From Candidatus Woesearchaeota archaeon (GTDB lineage Archaea > Nanobdellota > Nanobdellia > Pacearchaeales > GW2011-AR1): DNA of 27,457 bases. Below, piece by piece: positions 25,273 to 27,457 of the stretch (its first letter is position 1; each line of letters begins with the position of its first letter). Both the position numbers and the translations under genes were made by a program. The stretch spans positions 99,730 through 127,186 of the forward strand of contig CAZRDP010000001.1 of NCBI GenBank assembly GCA_964598985.1. Reading direction: 5' to 3'. The notes below the pieces were generated by a model that worked only from the letters and a program-made list of their open reading frames with translations, did no database searches and was not told the DNA's origin.

Positions 25273-25854
25273 TTACTTTTTAAATTCAAGAATTTTCCCT
25301 ATTCCGGTTGGAGGAAGTTTGAAACCCAATTCTATTCTTGGGTCCCATTTGTCCTGCAAACCAGAATTAATCATAAACCCAATCTTTGTATAAAAAACCC
25401 GGTTGCCGTTGAAGCCAATGCAAAATGCATGTCCGTCGGATGTTCTATCAATAAAATTATTATCTGAAACTTTCAAAATTTCAGAATCTGCATTAGTTAT
25501 GTAATTATAACTCAAAAACAGAAAATCTGAATCTGAAAATTTCTTTAGATAGAAATTGACACCTCCTGAAAAAGAATGGAGGGGTATTCCGCACCATTCA
25601 GAGTATTTCCAGTATCCCTCAAATTCCAAGGGGCCGAAGACAATATAAGCATCCAGCGACGGAAAAAGCAATGTTCCCATACGTATTGAAGTCCCGCAAC
25701 TTACTGAAATCAACGGGACATCATAACATAAGTCATAATATTCTGAACATTTTTCTCTCAAAGCATTTTGGTTTCGGATGCTCGCGATATCATTTTGTGC
25801 GCCTACATTGTAAACACACAAAATAATTCCAAAAATCAAAATTATTTTTTTCAT
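25273..25854 (-). CDS. Signal-peptide protein, possible beta-barrel
   Basis: SPI ending VGA-Q; strands FSGGVNFYL, LFLSYNY, YTKIGF, IELGFKL. Confidence 0.6.
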   Translation of the reverse strand: MKKIILIFGIILCVYNVGAQNDIASIRNQNALREKCSEYYDLCYDVPLISVSCGTSIRMGTLLFPSLDAYIVFGPLEFEGYWKYSEWCGIPLHSFSGGVNFYLKKFSDSDFLFLSYNYITNADSEILKVSDNNFIDRTSDGHAFCIGFNGNRVFYTKIGFMINSGLQDKWDPRIELGFKLPPTGIGKILEFKK

Positions 25855-25865
25855 TGTGGTGAATT

Positions 25866-26000
25866 TTAAAAATTCTTACTCTTTTGACTTTTATCAAGGC
25901 TGCACATTATCCTTTTGAGGTGTTTTTCACTACCATCTTTTAAATTGTGAAAAGCAGGAACCTCTGCGGATAAAAACTGAGGAACGTTTTTTACTTTCAT
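25866..26000 (-). CDS. Possible small protein (44 aa, MKVKNVPQF...)
   Basis: Internal ATG with an AT-rich leader 10 nt after the upstream stop; the longer listed start overlaps another ORF. Confidence 0.35.
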   Translation of the reverse strand: MKVKNVPQFLSAEVPAFHNLKDGSEKHLKRIMCSLDKSQKSKNF

Positions 26001-26010
26001 GTTAATTAAG

Positions 26011-26148
26011 TTAGCGTTTTCTATAAAACAAAGAGCGGAGCGGCAAAGTAAAGGCCAGAAAAAGAATTGCAAAAACTCCTCTCCAGATTTTTAATTCCCA
26101 CAAAACATTTTTGAATGTTGTGAAAATTTTTTTAATCATTTTTTTCAT
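26011..26148 (-). CDS. Possible small single-TM protein (45 aa, MKKMIKKIF...)
   Basis: Internal ATG downstream of hairpin 26188-26226; one hydrophobic segment. Confidence 0.4.
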   Translation of the reverse strand: MKKMIKKIFTTFKNVLWELKIWRGVFAILFLAFTLPLRSLFYRKR

Positions 26149-26187
26149 ATGATTCAAATCAGAAGTGATTTTATAAGATTGAAAAAA

Positions 26188-26226
26188 GAAAACCTTTTCC
26201 CGACGGAAAAATGAGAAAAGGTTTTC
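26188..26226 (-). terminator. Terminator-like hairpin after the lipoprotein gene
   Basis: 12-bp stem gaaaaccttttc/gaaaaggttttc; nested ttttcc-cgac-ggaaaa alternative. Confidence 0.6.
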
Positions 26227-26246
26227 GCGTAAAAACACCCGATGAA

Positions 26247-27173
26247 CTATTCAATCCACGAATATCCGACGTAAATCGAAGTTATGTTAAACTGCTCGTT
26301 TCTTGAAACTCCGTATGCAACGCCGTTGATTTTTCTTACTTTTACCACGAACCTTCTTCCGGTGTAATCTCCTTTCGGAAAAGAATAGTTGAAAGATTCA
26401 TAAGCAGAATTATTGTAAACATCAAAACCAGAAGTTCCGCCGACGATTTTTCCGTACAGGACTTTTTCTGCACCCGTGTTTGATTCTTCAATTACTTCGA
26501 TGAAATACGGAAGTGAAGAACCCCACAAAACAGAAATTGTATCTGTGTTTGAATTTATATCCTTGTAAACAGGATATTTTGTCCATGCAGAATCGCCTCC
26601 GCCGAAGAAATATCTATTTGTGAAATCACTTTCAGACGCATTGTGGTTTTCAAAACCAACCGCGACATAATCCGGGCTGCTTCCAGTGTTGAAATCGTAG
26701 AAGAAATCAGCATGGTGGGTATTTTGAATTGTTGTGTCTCCGGGCTCGACGATTATTTCCGGGCAAATGGGTTGTGCCAATTCAAGATTTCCATCGCAAT
26801 CATAAACAAAGAAAGTGTCGCAACCCTCGGCATTATCCTCGTAAAACCAAATAGGATTGCACGGCTCTTCTCCGGGAGGAACAGAATCCTTACAACGGGT
26901 TTCATCAAAAATAATTTCATCACCGCGAAAAACCTGGAAGCGAATTTCGCCGAACCGGCAACTTTCCGTCGGTAAATCTGTTTCAGTAGATAAAACGCGG
27001 ACCTTTCCGTCGGAAGATACGGTTGTATCGCAAATAATTGTGATGTTATTATTTATGATTGTTGTATCTCCTCCTTGCTGGAGGGGTAAATAAATTTCGT
27101 AGATGTCCTCATCACATGCAAACACAATGAATGCAGTGAAAATACCAATTAAAAAATAATTTAACTTTTTCAT
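26247..27173 (-). CDS. Bacteroidota-type lipoprotein, Cys-containing N-half and beta-rich C-half
   Basis: MKKLNYFLIGIFTAFIVFA-C-DED; three DTT(I/V) motifs. Confidence 0.75.
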   Translation of the reverse strand: MKKLNYFLIGIFTAFIVFACDEDIYEIYLPLQQGGDTTIINNNITIICDTTVSSDGKVRVLSTETDLPTESCRFGEIRFQVFRGDEIIFDETRCKDSVPPGEEPCNPIWFYEDNAEGCDTFFVYDCDGNLELAQPICPEIIVEPGDTTIQNTHHADFFYDFNTGSSPDYVAVGFENHNASESDFTNRYFFGGGDSAWTKYPVYKDINSNTDTISVLWGSSLPYFIEVIEESNTGAEKVLYGKIVGGTSGFDVYNNSAYESFNYSFPKGDYTGRRFVVKVRKINGVAYGVSRNEQFNITSIYVGYSWIE

Positions 27174-27217
27174 TTCAAAATATTTAGATTAATTTTAATA
27201 CTAAAATATCTCGCACG

Positions 27218-27457
27218 CTACGCGAGTTCGCGAATCACCAAACCACCCGGATTGGAGTCACGCAGATCCTCAATCACGGCATTGGAATCCAAGTCCCCGA
27301 CGAAAACGCACCGAAAACAACCCTTGTCAGAAGGAACATAATGTGTTCTTCCGGAACCAGATTTTATATTAATTCCATACTCATCAACATCCTGAAAATT
27401 ATAGTTTCCGCTCTGAAAGGCAGTTGTTTGGGTGTAAATTGATTCTTCAGTTAAATA
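27218..27457 (-). CDS. 3' end of a gene running off the window; candidate DGR target with C-terminal variable region
   Basis: Open frame of 79 aa ending ...GCFRCVFVGDLDSNAVIEDLRDSNPGGLVIRELA* (TAG 27218-27220); not in the ORF track. Confidence 0.7.
   Translation of the reverse strand, partial: YLTEESIYTQTTAFQSGNYNFQDVDEYGINIKSGSGRTHYVPSDKGCFRCVFVGDLDSNAVIEDLRDSNPGGLVIRELA

Noticed and set aside
18660-27093. Plus-strand ORFs in the island (18660, 18864, 19565, 23801, 24067, 24171, 24729, 24807, 25071, 25196, 26643, 26857)
   Set aside because: Antisense to minus-strand genes that have signal peptides and coherent leaders or terminators.
18222-27457. Calling the island a prophage, integron or transposon
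   Set aside because: No integrase, transposase, capsid, terminase or canonical attC site is recognisable in the window.

Overview
The window comes from an AT-rich DPANN archaeon, most likely Pacearchaeota, judged from archaeal rpoN/rpoF/rpoD, rpl21e, rps13-4-11, DUF655, secF-secD order, TATA/BRE promoters and tRNAs lacking encoded CCA. It has three parts. (1) 1-8439 is a surface-glycan locus for a nonulosonic acid: pseB-like dehydratase, RmlD-like reductase broken by one in-frame TAG at its catalytic Tyr, NeuB/PseI synthase, PIG-L deacetylase, GT2, formyltransferase, NeuA/PseF, and a convergent Wzx flippase. (2) 8469-18221 is core genome: secDF, tRNA-Gly(TCC), tRNA-Arg(CCT), a tRNA-Leu that folds with an AAG anticodon, and transcription/translation genes. 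Two of the tRNAs have duplicated 3' ends joined to the same 26-bp hairpin. (3) 18222-27457 is an all-minus-strand island starting right after rpoD. It encodes proteins with Bacteroidota envelope signatures: Cys-acidic lipoproteins, outer-membrane beta-barrel-like proteins, and a DNRLRE + 6xBACON + T9SS-CTD protein. It is punctuated by repeated terminator/operator modules. At the window edge is a partial gene whose 3' end looks like a DGR variable region. All calls rest on motif recognition and manual reading; no database searches were run.
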